Below, in pieces: positions 8,974 through 17,982 of a DNA stretch of 32,000 bases (positions are counted from its first letter, which is position 1; every line of letters starts with the position of its first letter). Made by a program: the position numbers and the translations under genes. The DNA lies in contig NC_022359.1 in the NCBI RefSeq assembly GCF_000354175.2, forward strand, positions 1,710,001 to 1,742,000, in the 5' to 3' direction. Below the pieces are notes generated by a model. That model did no database searches and had not been told where the DNA came from. It saw only the letters and a program-made list of their open reading frames with translations. This stretch comes from Vibrio alginolyticus NBRC 15630 = ATCC 17749 (lineage in GTDB: Bacteria > Pseudomonadota > Gammaproteobacteria > Enterobacterales > Vibrionaceae).

Positions 8974-9108
8974 TTATTTCGCCAGTTTTTTAATAACACG
9001 AGCAAAAACAGAAGCTTTTTTCTTCTTCGCTTTACCGTAAAGCGCTTTGTGCATCGCGTCTTTTGCAATCATCTGGCCAATATAAGCACCACCAAGTTCG
9101 TTACCCAT
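8974..9108 (-). CDS. Small highly basic protein, 44 aa (not in the ORF track)
   Basis: My own translation: MGNELGGAYIGQMIAKDAMHKALYGKAKKKKASVFARVIKKLAK*. SD aggagaagg ends 3 nt before the ATG. Plausible promoter TTGTTT-16-TAAAAT upstream. The stop abuts the bidirectional terminator. Confidence 0.6.
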   Translation of the reverse strand: MGNELGGAYIGQMIAKDAMHKALYGKAKKKKASVFARVIKKLAK

Positions 9109-9241
9109 GACCTTCTCCTGAATGTATTGACTTAACTATGTAGTAATTTTACACCACAATTAGATAAAAACAAGACTCCAGTCACATTTATTTTGTAATT
9201 AACTTTCAGTTTGATTTTCGTGGATTTCTTGAAATGAGCGT

Positions 9242-9589
9242 CTATCGCTTAGGTTGTTGGTATGTTTTACCCGCTGCGACGTACGTATCTTTCTGTTTGA
9301 TTTCAAAGAATGTTTCAAAGAACCACGCAGCAAACTTGATCAAGTGATCGCCTTCATTCATGACGTGCTCTACGTATTCTTGCTCTTCTCCGGATTCATC
9401 TTCTTGAGTGGTAATATGGTAAATACGTTTCTCACCATCAACTTCTGCAAGGCCAAACTGACCCGTTAGGGATTGCGCCGTTTGTGCAACTTCTTCTTCC
9501 TCACACGCCTTGAAGATTTCAAGTGCCTTTGGCATGCTTTCTTGCTGAGTAATTTCTTTTACCAGTGTTTCAAATTCGTTTTGTTGCAT
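9242..9589 (-). CDS. Hypothetical acidic cytoplasmic protein
   Basis: 115-aa ORF, ATG preceded by aggtga, Glu/Asp-rich. I recognise no domain. Confidence 0.55.
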   Translation of the reverse strand: MQQNEFETLVKEITQQESMPKALEIFKACEEEEVAQTAQSLTGQFGLAEVDGEKRIYHITTQEDESGEEQEYVEHVMNEGDHLIKFAAWFFETFFEIKQKDTYVAAGKTYQQPKR

Positions 9590-9765
9590 TCTTTCACCTA
9601 ACGATTAGAGATCGGATAGCCATTGGGCAGAAATGTATTCCAAGCTTGAGAGAAGTATCAAGGTTCGCCCTCTTCCTTTCAAACCAAGTCATTCAGTATA
9701 CACAACAGGCCAGACTTAATTTAGCTGCGCATTTTAGAAAGCCGACCTTCTGGTTGCAAGTATAT

Positions 9766-10959
9766 TCAGATGGAAGTTTCTGCTTGAACCGTCCCTTCTG
9801 GAACTTTACGAAATTGGCTTAGTACAAGAACAAAGCAAGAAAGTAACGCAATAAACAAATAAAACACCCCAAGCTGCTGCTGATTCGTAACCCATGAGTC
9901 TACTAAGTACCCACCAAACAAACCTGCTAAACACATTTGAATAGAACCAGATAGCGCAGAAACCGCGCCTGCCTGTTGCTTATGTGGTGAAAGTAGCAAA
10001 CTGATCGATACCGGGAATGACATTCCTTGAGCAAAACTTAAACACGTGAATGCCGTCAGCAATGAAAATACGCTGAAGGGGGTAACCAACAACATGAAGC
10101 CAGCAACAGCAACAATCGCGAAACTCATCAGCAAGATTTGCTGAGCTTTGTAACGAGCATTGATCAAATTCAGCACTAAGCTACCCGTCAGCAAACCAAC
10201 TGATGGTATGATCATCAAAGAGCCGTAATCTGCCGCCGTTAATCCTAACTCTTGTTGCATTAAAAATGGATACAAGGAGAGCGTAACCAGAGCCGATAAA
10301 TAACTAAGCCAGTTGTAGCTCGCACTACCAATCACTTGTGTATTCGTTAACAGACGCAAATAGTTCGCGCTTACTTCGCCTACTTTAAATTTTCTCTTCG
10401 GATAAGGCAGCGTTTCTGGCAGCACCAATAAACCAAGTGTAAAAATTGCCATTAAATAAATCAGCACAAACACGAAGACAGCATGCCAACTCAGGTGAAA
10501 AGCGATCCAGCCACCAAACAGCGGAGCAATAATTGGCATCACAGATGCCGTGACTGAAATATAAGATAGCGCTTTGGTTAATTGCATACCGTCATAACTA
10601 TCACGCAGTACTGACCGACCAAGTACCGAAGCGCTGCCCGCTCCTAGGCCTTGCAGTAACCGTCCCGCTTCAAGGGCAACAATGTTGTCCGAAAACGCGA
10701 TGCAAATAACCGTACCAACTAGATATACACTTTGCCCCAGAATAAACACTGGCCGACGACCAATCGCATCAGACAATGGGCCGTAAAAAAGCTGAGAGAT
10801 ACCGAAGCCAACGAGAAATAGCGTGACGAGATTCTGAATCGAATGTTGCGGCAAATTCAAGTCATGACCAATCAATGGCAAAGAAGGAAGATAAATACTA
10901 ACGCCAACTTGGCCTGTGGCAATGATCATCATCGCTAATAACAATGGTGTTTTACGCAA
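9766..10959 (-). CDS. MFS transporter, DHA1 Bcr/CflA-type drug efflux
   Basis: 397 aa, 12 TM, with the MFS motif GPLSDAIGRRPVF. TTG start preceded by aggagga. Confidence 0.85.
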   Translation of the reverse strand: MRKTPLLLAMMIIATGQVGVSIYLPSLPLIGHDLNLPQHSIQNLVTLFLVGFGISQLFYGPLSDAIGRRPVFILGQSVYLVGTVICIAFSDNIVALEAGRLLQGLGAGSASVLGRSVLRDSYDGMQLTKALSYISVTASVMPIIAPLFGGWIAFHLSWHAVFVFVLIYLMAIFTLGLLVLPETLPYPKRKFKVGEVSANYLRLLTNTQVIGSASYNWLSYLSALVTLSLYPFLMQQELGLTAADYGSLMIIPSVGLLTGSLVLNLINARYKAQQILLMSFAIVAVAGFMLLVTPFSVFSLLTAFTCLSFAQGMSFPVSISLLLSPHKQQAGAVSALSGSIQMCLAGLFGGYLVDSWVTNQQQLGVFYLFIALLSCFVLVLSQFRKVPEGTVQAETSI

Positions 10960-11064
10960 ACGTTCCTCCTACTTTGTGACAGATTGATGGCAAACAGTGT
11001 ATATTTGATACTCAAAGATGATAATCAGCTAAGTTGGAAAGGAATTAATTCCCAAGGAGATACA

Positions 11065-11952
11065 ATGGACTGGATTCAAAGCGTGAAGAGTTATATTCGT
11101 GTGGTCGAAGAAGGTAGCTTTAATGCAGCAGCGCGGAAACTCAATACCACCAGCTCAGCTATCAGTAAGCGAGTTCAATGGCTAGAAGATAAAATTGGCG
11201 TTCAACTACTCAAACGTACGACCCGCTCAATTAGCCAAACTGAAGCTGGTGCTCTGTTTTATCAACGAGCAAAAAGTCAGCTTGATTCATGGCAATCGGT
11301 ATTAGATGAGACTCGCTCAGTCAACCAATCACCAGCAGGGCTATTAAAAATTGGGGCAACGCTGGCCGTTGGATCCAAGTTTCTAGTTCATTATCTTGAT
11401 GATTTTCTTGAGAAATATCCAGACATCACACTTCAATTAACAACAACGCTACCAGGCCAATTGCCAGAGCTAAGCTTAGACCTGTTTATTAGCCGGGAAT
11501 TAGAGCAACTGAACTCTCTAAGTTTCAAAGCCACAGCGCTTTTCGAACATAAAGCACAGTTTTACGCCGCGCCTAGTTACCTAAAAAAATATGGAACACC
11601 GCAATGCGTTGAGGATCTGACAGAGCATAATGTCCTGATTTGGGGAGAAAAACCCTCACGAGAAATCAAAACAAATCGAGGTAAGCGTATCAGCTTGTCC
11701 GGTAACTTTGCCACGACCAACCCAGAAGCGCTGTTTCATGGTGCCAAAAGAGGCATGGGTATTTTGATGACGAACAACGTCATGATCAAAGATGATCTCA
11801 AATCCGGCGCGTTAGTCCCTATCCTGCCCGATATCACAGCGGATAAAGCCACTGTATATGCCTACTATCCAAAGCTGGATTATCAGCATACCCGGACTAA
11901 GCTATTCCTCGATTATCTCAAATCACGATTAGAAGAGGAGAAGCGCGCCTAG
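11065..11952 (+). CDS. LysR family transcriptional regulator (divergent from the MFS gene)
   Basis: LTTR N-terminal HTH (MDWIQSVKSYIRVVEEGSFNAAARKLNTTSSAISKRVQWLEDKIG...). I use the ATG at 11065 behind SD aaggag; the track's 10984 start adds a non-LTTR extension. Confidence 0.85.
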   Translation: MDWIQSVKSYIRVVEEGSFNAAARKLNTTSSAISKRVQWLEDKIGVQLLKRTTRSISQTEAGALFYQRAKSQLDSWQSVLDETRSVNQSPAGLLKIGATLAVGSKFLVHYLDDFLEKYPDITLQLTTTLPGQLPELSLDLFISRELEQLNSLSFKATALFEHKAQFYAAPSYLKKYGTPQCVEDLTEHNVLIWGEKPSREIKTNRGKRISLSGNFATTNPEALFHGAKRGMGILMTNNVMIKDDLKSGALVPILPDITADKATVYAYYPKLDYQHTRTKLFLDYLKSRLEEEKRA

Positions 11953-12135
11953 CTTAGCGTTTTTATCGCTATACCTTTAAAAGGTTCAAGCATAAAAACA
12001 TGAAAATAATGATTTGTTCGTTCACAAAATTTGAAAAATCTGCCTTAGTAACCGATAGTTTATTTGATGCATATCAAATAATAATTCGTCGTGTCTTACA
12101 CGATATGTTAATAACAACGCTAGGTGAAATGCTCG

Positions 12136-13956
12136 ATGGGTCAGGTACAAATCAGTTTCCACAAAATTGATGAGATATTGAAGCTAAACGGCACGGCTCA
12201 GCTAAACCGAGTCACGTTAGATATTCATCAACACTTGCAGAGCCATTGCACTTGCGTTGTAGAAGTTGCGCATCTTCAGCATTCGGCTCATACCATTTCC
12301 TTCGCCAGCAATGGAAAAATTACAGACAACCTAAGCTACCACCTTTCAGGCACCCCCTGTGAAAAAGTGGCGAAAGACATTGGCGAACATATTTTCTATC
12401 AAGACCAGGTATACAAGCGTTTTCCTGAAGATCAGATGTTTCAAGAAGATGGCATTCAAGCTTACATTGGCCTGCCATTGAAGACACAAAATGGCGAAGT
12501 TCTGGGAATTTTACTGTCTACCTTTACCCGAAGCATCCACGCGAAAGAAGCGCAAGATATCCTCGACTTCCACCGATTTTATGCCAATGTCATTATTCAT
12601 AGCTTACGTGAAAAGTGGGTCAGTGAACGTTCAGATAAGCTTCTTAATCAGCTTAGCTATGAGGTATCGCATGATAACCTAACTGGACTGCTCAACCGTA
12701 GCTGTTTAGCTGATACCTTGGAGACATTAACGCAGCAAGCGACTCGTCCATTCAGTTTGGCGTATCTTGATATCGATAATTTCAAATCGATCAATGATAT
12801 CAACGGAAACTATATCGGCGACCAAATCATTAAGTTCACAGCTAACGCCATTCAACAGAGTTTGTCGTCGCCAAACAATGCGTTCCGTGTCGCAGGAGAT
12901 GAATTCGCCTTCATCACGTACGACGAAGATCCTGTAGCCGTGTGTCAGGAAGTACTCGACAAAATTGAAAGTGGCTACAGCGACAAATCTAACCGGATTT
13001 CTTTCACCGTTAGTATTGGCATTGCGCGTGCCCCAGTACATATGTTGAACAGCGATGAGCTGATTTTGAATGCCAGTCTCGCTCTCAAAGATTGTAAAAA
13101 ACACCGCGATACACGGATTCAGCATTACGACACACACCTTAGTGCGTTATACCACCGTAGGACGCAGCTTATTGAGGCAATGCGAATCCAGCTAAGTACT
13201 GATATACAAGACAGCGATGAGTTGTATGTAGTGGTTCAACCGATCGTCGATATCACGAGCGACCGCTGGAATTACTTTGAAATTTTGACTCGTTGGAATA
13301 GCAATATCTATGGAAATATCTCTCCAGCGGAGTTCATTGAAGCTGCCGAACAATCAGGCCTGATTATCGAGTTAGGAGAACGGATTATTGAACTCGCGTG
13401 TATCGCAAAGCAAGAACTCGAAGCGAACCTAGGCTATAAAGTCAAACTCTCCATCAATTGCTCAGCGTATGAGTTGGTTGATTCCAACCGTTATATTAAT
13501 CACTTAACCAACATGGTTGAAAAGTATCAGCACGAAGCAAAAGACTTTGTTATAGAGCTCACCGAGACCGTCTTACTCTCACAAAGTGGCCGTGAACAGA
13601 TGGTACTTAACTCGTTGCGATACTTGGGTTTTAAAGTCGCACTGGATGATTTTGGTACGGGATACTCAAGCTTGAACTATATACACAATTATCCGATTGA
13701 TAGCATCAAAATCGATGCTACCTTTGTGCAGAACATGCTCTCAAATACAACCTCTGAACAAGTAGTGTTTTTGATAGCGCAATTGGCAGAGCTGCTCGAT
13801 GTGGATTTGATTGCCGAAGGCGTAGAAGACGATAGAGCACTACAAAAGTTAATTGAAATGGGCTGCCACTACATCCAAGGTTATTTTTACTCTCGTCCAC
13901 ACAGTGTTGAAGAAATCGTACACCTGATAAATGAACGTGAAGTACGGAGTGCCTAA
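12136..13956 (+). CDS. GAF-GGDEF-EAL c-di-GMP signalling protein (GGDEF site reads AGDEF; EAL motifs intact)
   Basis: Motifs DNLTGLLNR, FRVAGDEFAF, then EAL-domain EILTRW, ELTE, DDFGTGYSSLNYI, KID, EGVEDD, QGYFYSRP. ATG at 12136 preferred over GTG at 12124 (aggtga 8 nt upstream). Confidence 0.85.
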   Translation: MGQVQISFHKIDEILKLNGTAQLNRVTLDIHQHLQSHCTCVVEVAHLQHSAHTISFASNGKITDNLSYHLSGTPCEKVAKDIGEHIFYQDQVYKRFPEDQMFQEDGIQAYIGLPLKTQNGEVLGILLSTFTRSIHAKEAQDILDFHRFYANVIIHSLREKWVSERSDKLLNQLSYEVSHDNLTGLLNRSCLADTLETLTQQATRPFSLAYLDIDNFKSINDINGNYIGDQIIKFTANAIQQSLSSPNNAFRVAGDEFAFITYDEDPVAVCQEVLDKIESGYSDKSNRISFTVSIGIARAPVHMLNSDELILNASLALKDCKKHRDTRIQHYDTHLSALYHRRTQLIEAMRIQLSTDIQDSDELYVVVQPIVDITSDRWNYFEILTRWNSNIYGNISPAEFIEAAEQSGLIIELGERIIELACIAKQELEANLGYKVKLSINCSAYELVDSNRYINHLTNMVEKYQHEAKDFVIELTETVLLSQSGREQMVLNSLRYLGFKVALDDFGTGYSSLNYIHNYPIDSIKIDATFVQNMLSNTTSEQVVFLIAQLAELLDVDLIAEGVEDDRALQKLIEMGCHYIQGYFYSRPHSVEEIVHLINEREVRSA

Positions 13957-14010
13957 CGTACTGAACAGACTGCTGTCCTAGAATTCAAATCTAGTTAATG
14001 CACAAAGTAA

Positions 14011-14047
14011 AAGAGACCAAGCTATGCTTAGTCTCTTTTTGTTTTTT
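14011..14047 (+). terminator. Rho-independent terminator of the GGDEF-EAL gene
   Basis: Stem aagagac-c-aagc / gctt-a-gtctctt, followed by ttttgtttttt. Confidence 0.8.
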
Positions 14048-14062
14048 GAGCGAAGTACTTTA

Positions 14063-15346
14063 TTACAGCACTGCTTTCTCTTTATCGCGTAATAGTTTAT
14101 CCATTTCATCTCTGTTCGCGACAAAAGTAGCCATCTCTTTCTTAGGAACAGAACTCGCCATTGGGATATTTGCTCGCATAGCGTTAACTGGACGGCCGTA
14201 TTCAATCAACTCATAGTGAAGGTGTGGCCCAGTCACTCGACCTGTTTTACCAGAAAGACCGATACGCTGGCCTCGAGAAACCTTTTGCCCTTTCTTCACC
14301 AAAATCTTACTTAGGTGTAAGTAACGGGTTTTGTATTTGCTGCCGTGCTCAACAACCACGTAGTTACCCGCATAAGGGTGTTTACGAGTCATGATCACTG
14401 TACCATCACCAGTAGAAACGACTGGTGTACCGGTTGGTACAGCAAAGTCAGTGCCGTTGTGCGGCGCAACACGCCCCGTTACTGGATGTAAACGATTAGG
14501 ATTAAAGCCAGAACTGATACGCCAACGGCTACTTACAGGGTAACGCTGGAATGCGCGCTGTAAGCTTTCACCTTTGGCATTGTAGAATTGACCATCAGTA
14601 TGAAGGTAAGCGGTGATCTCGCGGCCGCGATTATAAATCTTAATCGCCTCAATTTCGTTCTTACCTGTTGGTACACCATTGATGCTTTGTGAGCGACGAA
14701 CAACTTCAAATCGATCACCTGCACGAAGATCACGTCCAAAGTTAAGTTGTTCTTTGAGTAAGCTTACGACTTGACTCACTTCCGCCGACGTTAAACCTAA
14801 ACGACTGGCAGAAGAAGAAAAACTGCCTTGAATAACGCCAACTAAAGGTTCTTGGCTCCACACGCCAGGAATGGAAATATCAGTAAAGTCATAGCTACCA
14901 TCACTATTCAGCTTGTAGACCACTTTATCTGCAATAGAAAATTGCAGTTCCATTTTCGCTAACTCGCCTGTTGCATCATCACGCCAGAAACGGAGCGTAT
15001 TGCCCGGCTTAAGTGTATCAAGTGCCAAGTAGTTCAAATCCGTTTCCATTACTTTCATTAACGAGCTGTAACCGAAACCGAGCTGACTAAAAATAGTGCT
15101 TAGGTTGTCACCTGTTTGGATTTGATATTCGAAGTTCGGGGGAGTGACAACTTCGGCAGTTGTCGCATCAAGAATTTTTTCAACGACCTGAGATTCAGGT
15201 AGGTTCAATGCGATGGTTTTGGTTAAAGATGACTCTTTGAGAGAGTGAGAAACACCAATCGCAACTAAAACTGGCAAGGAGTATAACAGCAGCGCTCTAC
15301 GACTTGTCAGATTCGGCAACCGTCTTGTAATTTCATTTGTAGACAC
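14063..15346 (-). CDS. mepM: M23 family murein DD-endopeptidase, MepM/YebA-like
   Basis: 427 aa. N-terminal TM anchor, LysM/OapA-like segment (YQIQTGDNLSTIFSQLG), M23 catalytic motifs HNGTDFA and GPHLHYE. Collinear with my memory of E. coli YebA. Confidence 0.85.
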   Translation of the reverse strand: MSTNEITRRLPNLTSRRALLLYSLPVLVAIGVSHSLKESSLTKTIALNLPESQVVEKILDATTAEVVTPPNFEYQIQTGDNLSTIFSQLGFGYSSLMKVMETDLNYLALDTLKPGNTLRFWRDDATGELAKMELQFSIADKVVYKLNSDGSYDFTDISIPGVWSQEPLVGVIQGSFSSSASRLGLTSAEVSQVVSLLKEQLNFGRDLRAGDRFEVVRRSQSINGVPTGKNEIEAIKIYNRGREITAYLHTDGQFYNAKGESLQRAFQRYPVSSRWRISSGFNPNRLHPVTGRVAPHNGTDFAVPTGTPVVSTGDGTVIMTRKHPYAGNYVVVEHGSKYKTRYLHLSKILVKKGQKVSRGQRIGLSGKTGRVTGPHLHYELIEYGRPVNAMRANIPMASSVPKKEMATFVANRDEMDKLLRDKEKAVL

Positions 15347-15470
15347 GGGAATTACTATCTCCTTTCAAACAAGGCTCATAGCTTATGCATTCCCGAATAA
15401 GAAATCACTAGGAAATTTCGAGATCTAGCGCAGAAAATACTGAATTTTTACAGAACTCAAAAAAAATTCA

Positions 15471-16100
15471 TCACTGTTGCATATGTAAGTTATTCCCTAC
15501 ACGCTGTAATGTGGATGAATTGAATTGATTTGGCGTGTCTGCCATTGCTTGATCGTCACCGTGCGCTAAATATGAAAGCGTGATAGTTGTATCACTTTTC
15601 CATTCGAGCTGAGTAAATTTCACGCGGTCACCAACAAAAATACTGTCTAAAAGGACAACTCGGCTCGGCAAGGGGTCAAACTTGAGCAAGCCAACATAGT
15701 TAAACGAACCGCTACCTTGTGTCGTTACAATCATCGGTGCAACAACCCATGAAACACCTTCAATCTCACGCTGACTAATCGACGCAGTTGGAACAAGTAC
15801 CTGACCTTTCGTCACACCTGCATCATAGTCACCTATCAAATAGCCGTTTTCTTTATCCCACTCATCAAGAAAAGTGACCGCACCCTGCTCGGGGACTTGG
15901 ATCGTCCAAGGATTACGTGCAGTGATACCAAGCGTCTCTTGCACAATAACGTTCGTTTCTACTTTTGTTTGAGGAAACTTAGCCATGATCTCGTCATCAG
16001 ACAAACTAAAGCGATAAACACCCGCGATCACAACCACAACCAATAAAACGATTGGAATAAGTAGAATAAGTGGTATCGGCAGGATTTTTTTGTGAGTCAT
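15471..16100 (-). CDS. Hypothetical single-pass membrane-anchored (periplasm-facing) protein
   Basis: 209 aa. SD aaggaag 5 nt before the ATG. N-terminal TM helix ILPIPLILLIPIVLLVVVVIAGV. I recognise no domain. Confidence 0.6.
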   Translation of the reverse strand: MTHKKILPIPLILLIPIVLLVVVVIAGVYRFSLSDDEIMAKFPQTKVETNVIVQETLGITARNPWTIQVPEQGAVTFLDEWDKENGYLIGDYDAGVTKGQVLVPTASISQREIEGVSWVVAPMIVTTQGSGSFNYVGLLKFDPLPSRVVLLDSIFVGDRVKFTQLEWKSDTTITLSYLAHGDDQAMADTPNQFNSSTLQRVGNNLHMQQ

Positions 16101-16300
16101 GAAGACTTCCTTGTTTCAAGGTATAAACGAAAAGCGAGTATACCATTGTATACCCAAATGATTTCACCTCTTCAAGTGTTTCAAAATTAAACTAAACTGA
16201 TTGTATCCAAATAGTTTCAAGTCCAGAGCTCATAACGAGCTAGTGACATAAGCTCTGTGCTCTAGGTCTATTGGTGTATTGGGACAAATAGGTAATCACG

Positions 16301-16702
16301 ATGACAAAAACCATTCATACATGCGAGTGCGCCTGCGGTTTAGTTGAGATCCGTTGTAAGGGAGAGCCCACCCATACGTCTGTCTGCCATTGCTTCGAGT
16401 GCCAAAAACGAACTGGCAGTGTTTTTGGGGTACAAGCTCGCTTTGAAAAAGAGCACGTCACTTTAAACGGTGAAGTCACTAGCTATACCCGAATTGGCGA
16501 TGATGGCGGTGAGGTTCAGTATGACTTTTGTCCATCCTGCGGCACAACAATGAGGTTGTTTGTTTCTGCATACCCAGAAATCATGATCATTCCCGTCGGT
16601 CTATTTACCGATAAAGAGTTCCACCAACCTACCGTTTCAGTCTATGAACAAATGAAACACGGGTGGGTGAGTTTCGAATGCACAACGGAACACATCTGCT
16701 AG
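16301..16702 (+). CDS. GFA (glutathione-dependent formaldehyde-activating / CENP-V) family protein
   Basis: 133 aa. Zinc-cysteine pattern C-x-C...CHCxxCQKxxG...CxxCG typical of the GFA family. Confidence 0.8.
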   Translation: MTKTIHTCECACGLVEIRCKGEPTHTSVCHCFECQKRTGSVFGVQARFEKEHVTLNGEVTSYTRIGDDGGEVQYDFCPSCGTTMRLFVSAYPEIMIIPVGLFTDKEFHQPTVSVYEQMKHGWVSFECTTEHIC

Positions 16703-16855
16703 CGAGCAATCCGCGTTCACGTATTTATTTTGGCTCGGACAACCGCCCTATAAGTGAGATTTTTTTGAGAATGATCAATCGAGTTTTACTGTAAAGGGTT
16801 TCGTAACTCGGTGTGAGCGTTATAATCGGCTCCTAATATTTGGTGGGGGTTTATT

Positions 16856-17527
16856 GTGATTTCCAGACTTCCTCGTTGGGTGGAATATGGCGCGTTTCTA
16901 CTAGCTCTTCTCGCGGGCTGCGTCAACGCCGTTGGTCTTCTCGGCTTTCAACACCAAGCGATAACTCATCTTTCGGGAACCGTAACTCAGCTAGGGAACA
17001 GCTTGCTAACAGGTGTGGATAGCTCCATTCACCTGCTCTTCATCGTATTTAGCTTTTTGATTGGCGCTGCCTTTAGCGGCTTTTTTATTGAAAGCAGTGC
17101 GTTAAAACTAGGGCGAAGATATGGTGTTGCACTGTGCATAGAAGGGAGCTTGCTCTTACTCAGCTTGGGCTTTTTGGTGCAAGGGGATTTGTACGGCCAA
17201 TATCTAGCATCAGCAGCATGTGGATTACAAAACGCAATGATCACCACGTTTAGCGGCGCAGTAGTCAGAACCACACATATGACCGGAATCATCACCGATC
17301 TAGGGATTATGATTGGAGAGAGCTTGAGAGGTCGTCAATTTGACCGACGTAAAGCAAAATTATTCCTATTCATTTTCTTTGGCTTTTTGTTTGGCGGCGT
17401 CGCGGGAGCGGCTCTATTTACGGTATATGGTTTATATACGCTGGTTTTCCCAGCAATATTGGCTTTTTCTACGGCTCTGATTTACTGGAGTTACCTATAC
17501 ATACTTAGCCGTCAACAAAAAGCATAA
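16856..17527 (+). CDS. YoaK family (DUF1275) membrane protein
   Basis: 223 aa, about 6 TM. N-terminus ...LLALLAGCVNAVGLLGF...ITHLSGTVT is characteristic of DUF1275. GTG start behind ggtggggg. Confidence 0.75.
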   Translation: MISRLPRWVEYGAFLLALLAGCVNAVGLLGFQHQAITHLSGTVTQLGNSLLTGVDSSIHLLFIVFSFLIGAAFSGFFIESSALKLGRRYGVALCIEGSLLLLSLGFLVQGDLYGQYLASAACGLQNAMITTFSGAVVRTTHMTGIITDLGIMIGESLRGRQFDRRKAKLFLFIFFGFLFGGVAGAALFTVYGLYTLVFPAILAFSTALIYWSYLYILSRQQKA

Positions 17528-17534
17528 AATTTCG

Positions 17535-17570
17535 ATCCGATTGAAGCGACATGCTTCAATCGGATTTGGC
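17535..17570 (+). terminator. Probable terminator hairpin after the YoaK-family gene
   Basis: Perfect 13-bp stem atccgattgaagc / gcttcaatcggat, loop gacat. Only a short T tail (tttgg) follows. Confidence 0.6.
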
Positions 17571-17982
17571 TCAATAGGTTCACACTGCAACGGTACAAGA
17601 AACGCTGAACGGTATTTTGACACCACTAAAAACCTTAGAATAGATAAGGCTAACTGAATTTCTGGCTAAGAAGTTAGTCAGATCAAAATCACATTTGTTT
17701 ACCATTTTATTATTCCAGTCACAATGCGCCCCATAATTCACTGCGCAATTCGCCTCTCGTGCTACAATTTTCTAACACAAGCAACATATTCGCATACACT
17801 TAGACGTTATTTGACCAATTACCCGACAAATCGGCTGAATAACTAGATGTATTTAATGAATAGTATTGCAATGGATGCAGTTTGCGGATACCCTCCGCAA
17901 AACTGTGATTAAATACGGATGTTTAGTGAATATTTATGTCATGGAAATGGCAAGTATTGACTAGTAGTAACACGAGACAACT

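Noticed and set aside
10984-11064. N-terminal extension of the LysR ORF in the track. The same issue affects 30304-30405, 19751-19783, 23538-23558, 5285-5296 and 4008-4019
   Set aside because: The extensions start at non-ATG or SD-less codons and add residues foreign to the family. In each case an internal start with a good SD reproduces the canonical N-terminus.
12727-13137. 136-aa minus-strand ORF
   Set aside because: It is antisense to the GGDEF domain coding region, whose motifs are unambiguous on the plus strand.
15347-15470. A Zur box upstream of the M23 endopeptidase, since some MepM/ShyB-type genes are zinc-regulated
   Set aside because: I found no sequence resembling the GAAATGTTATAATATAACATTTC-type palindrome. 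Only a trivial gaaatttc is present.
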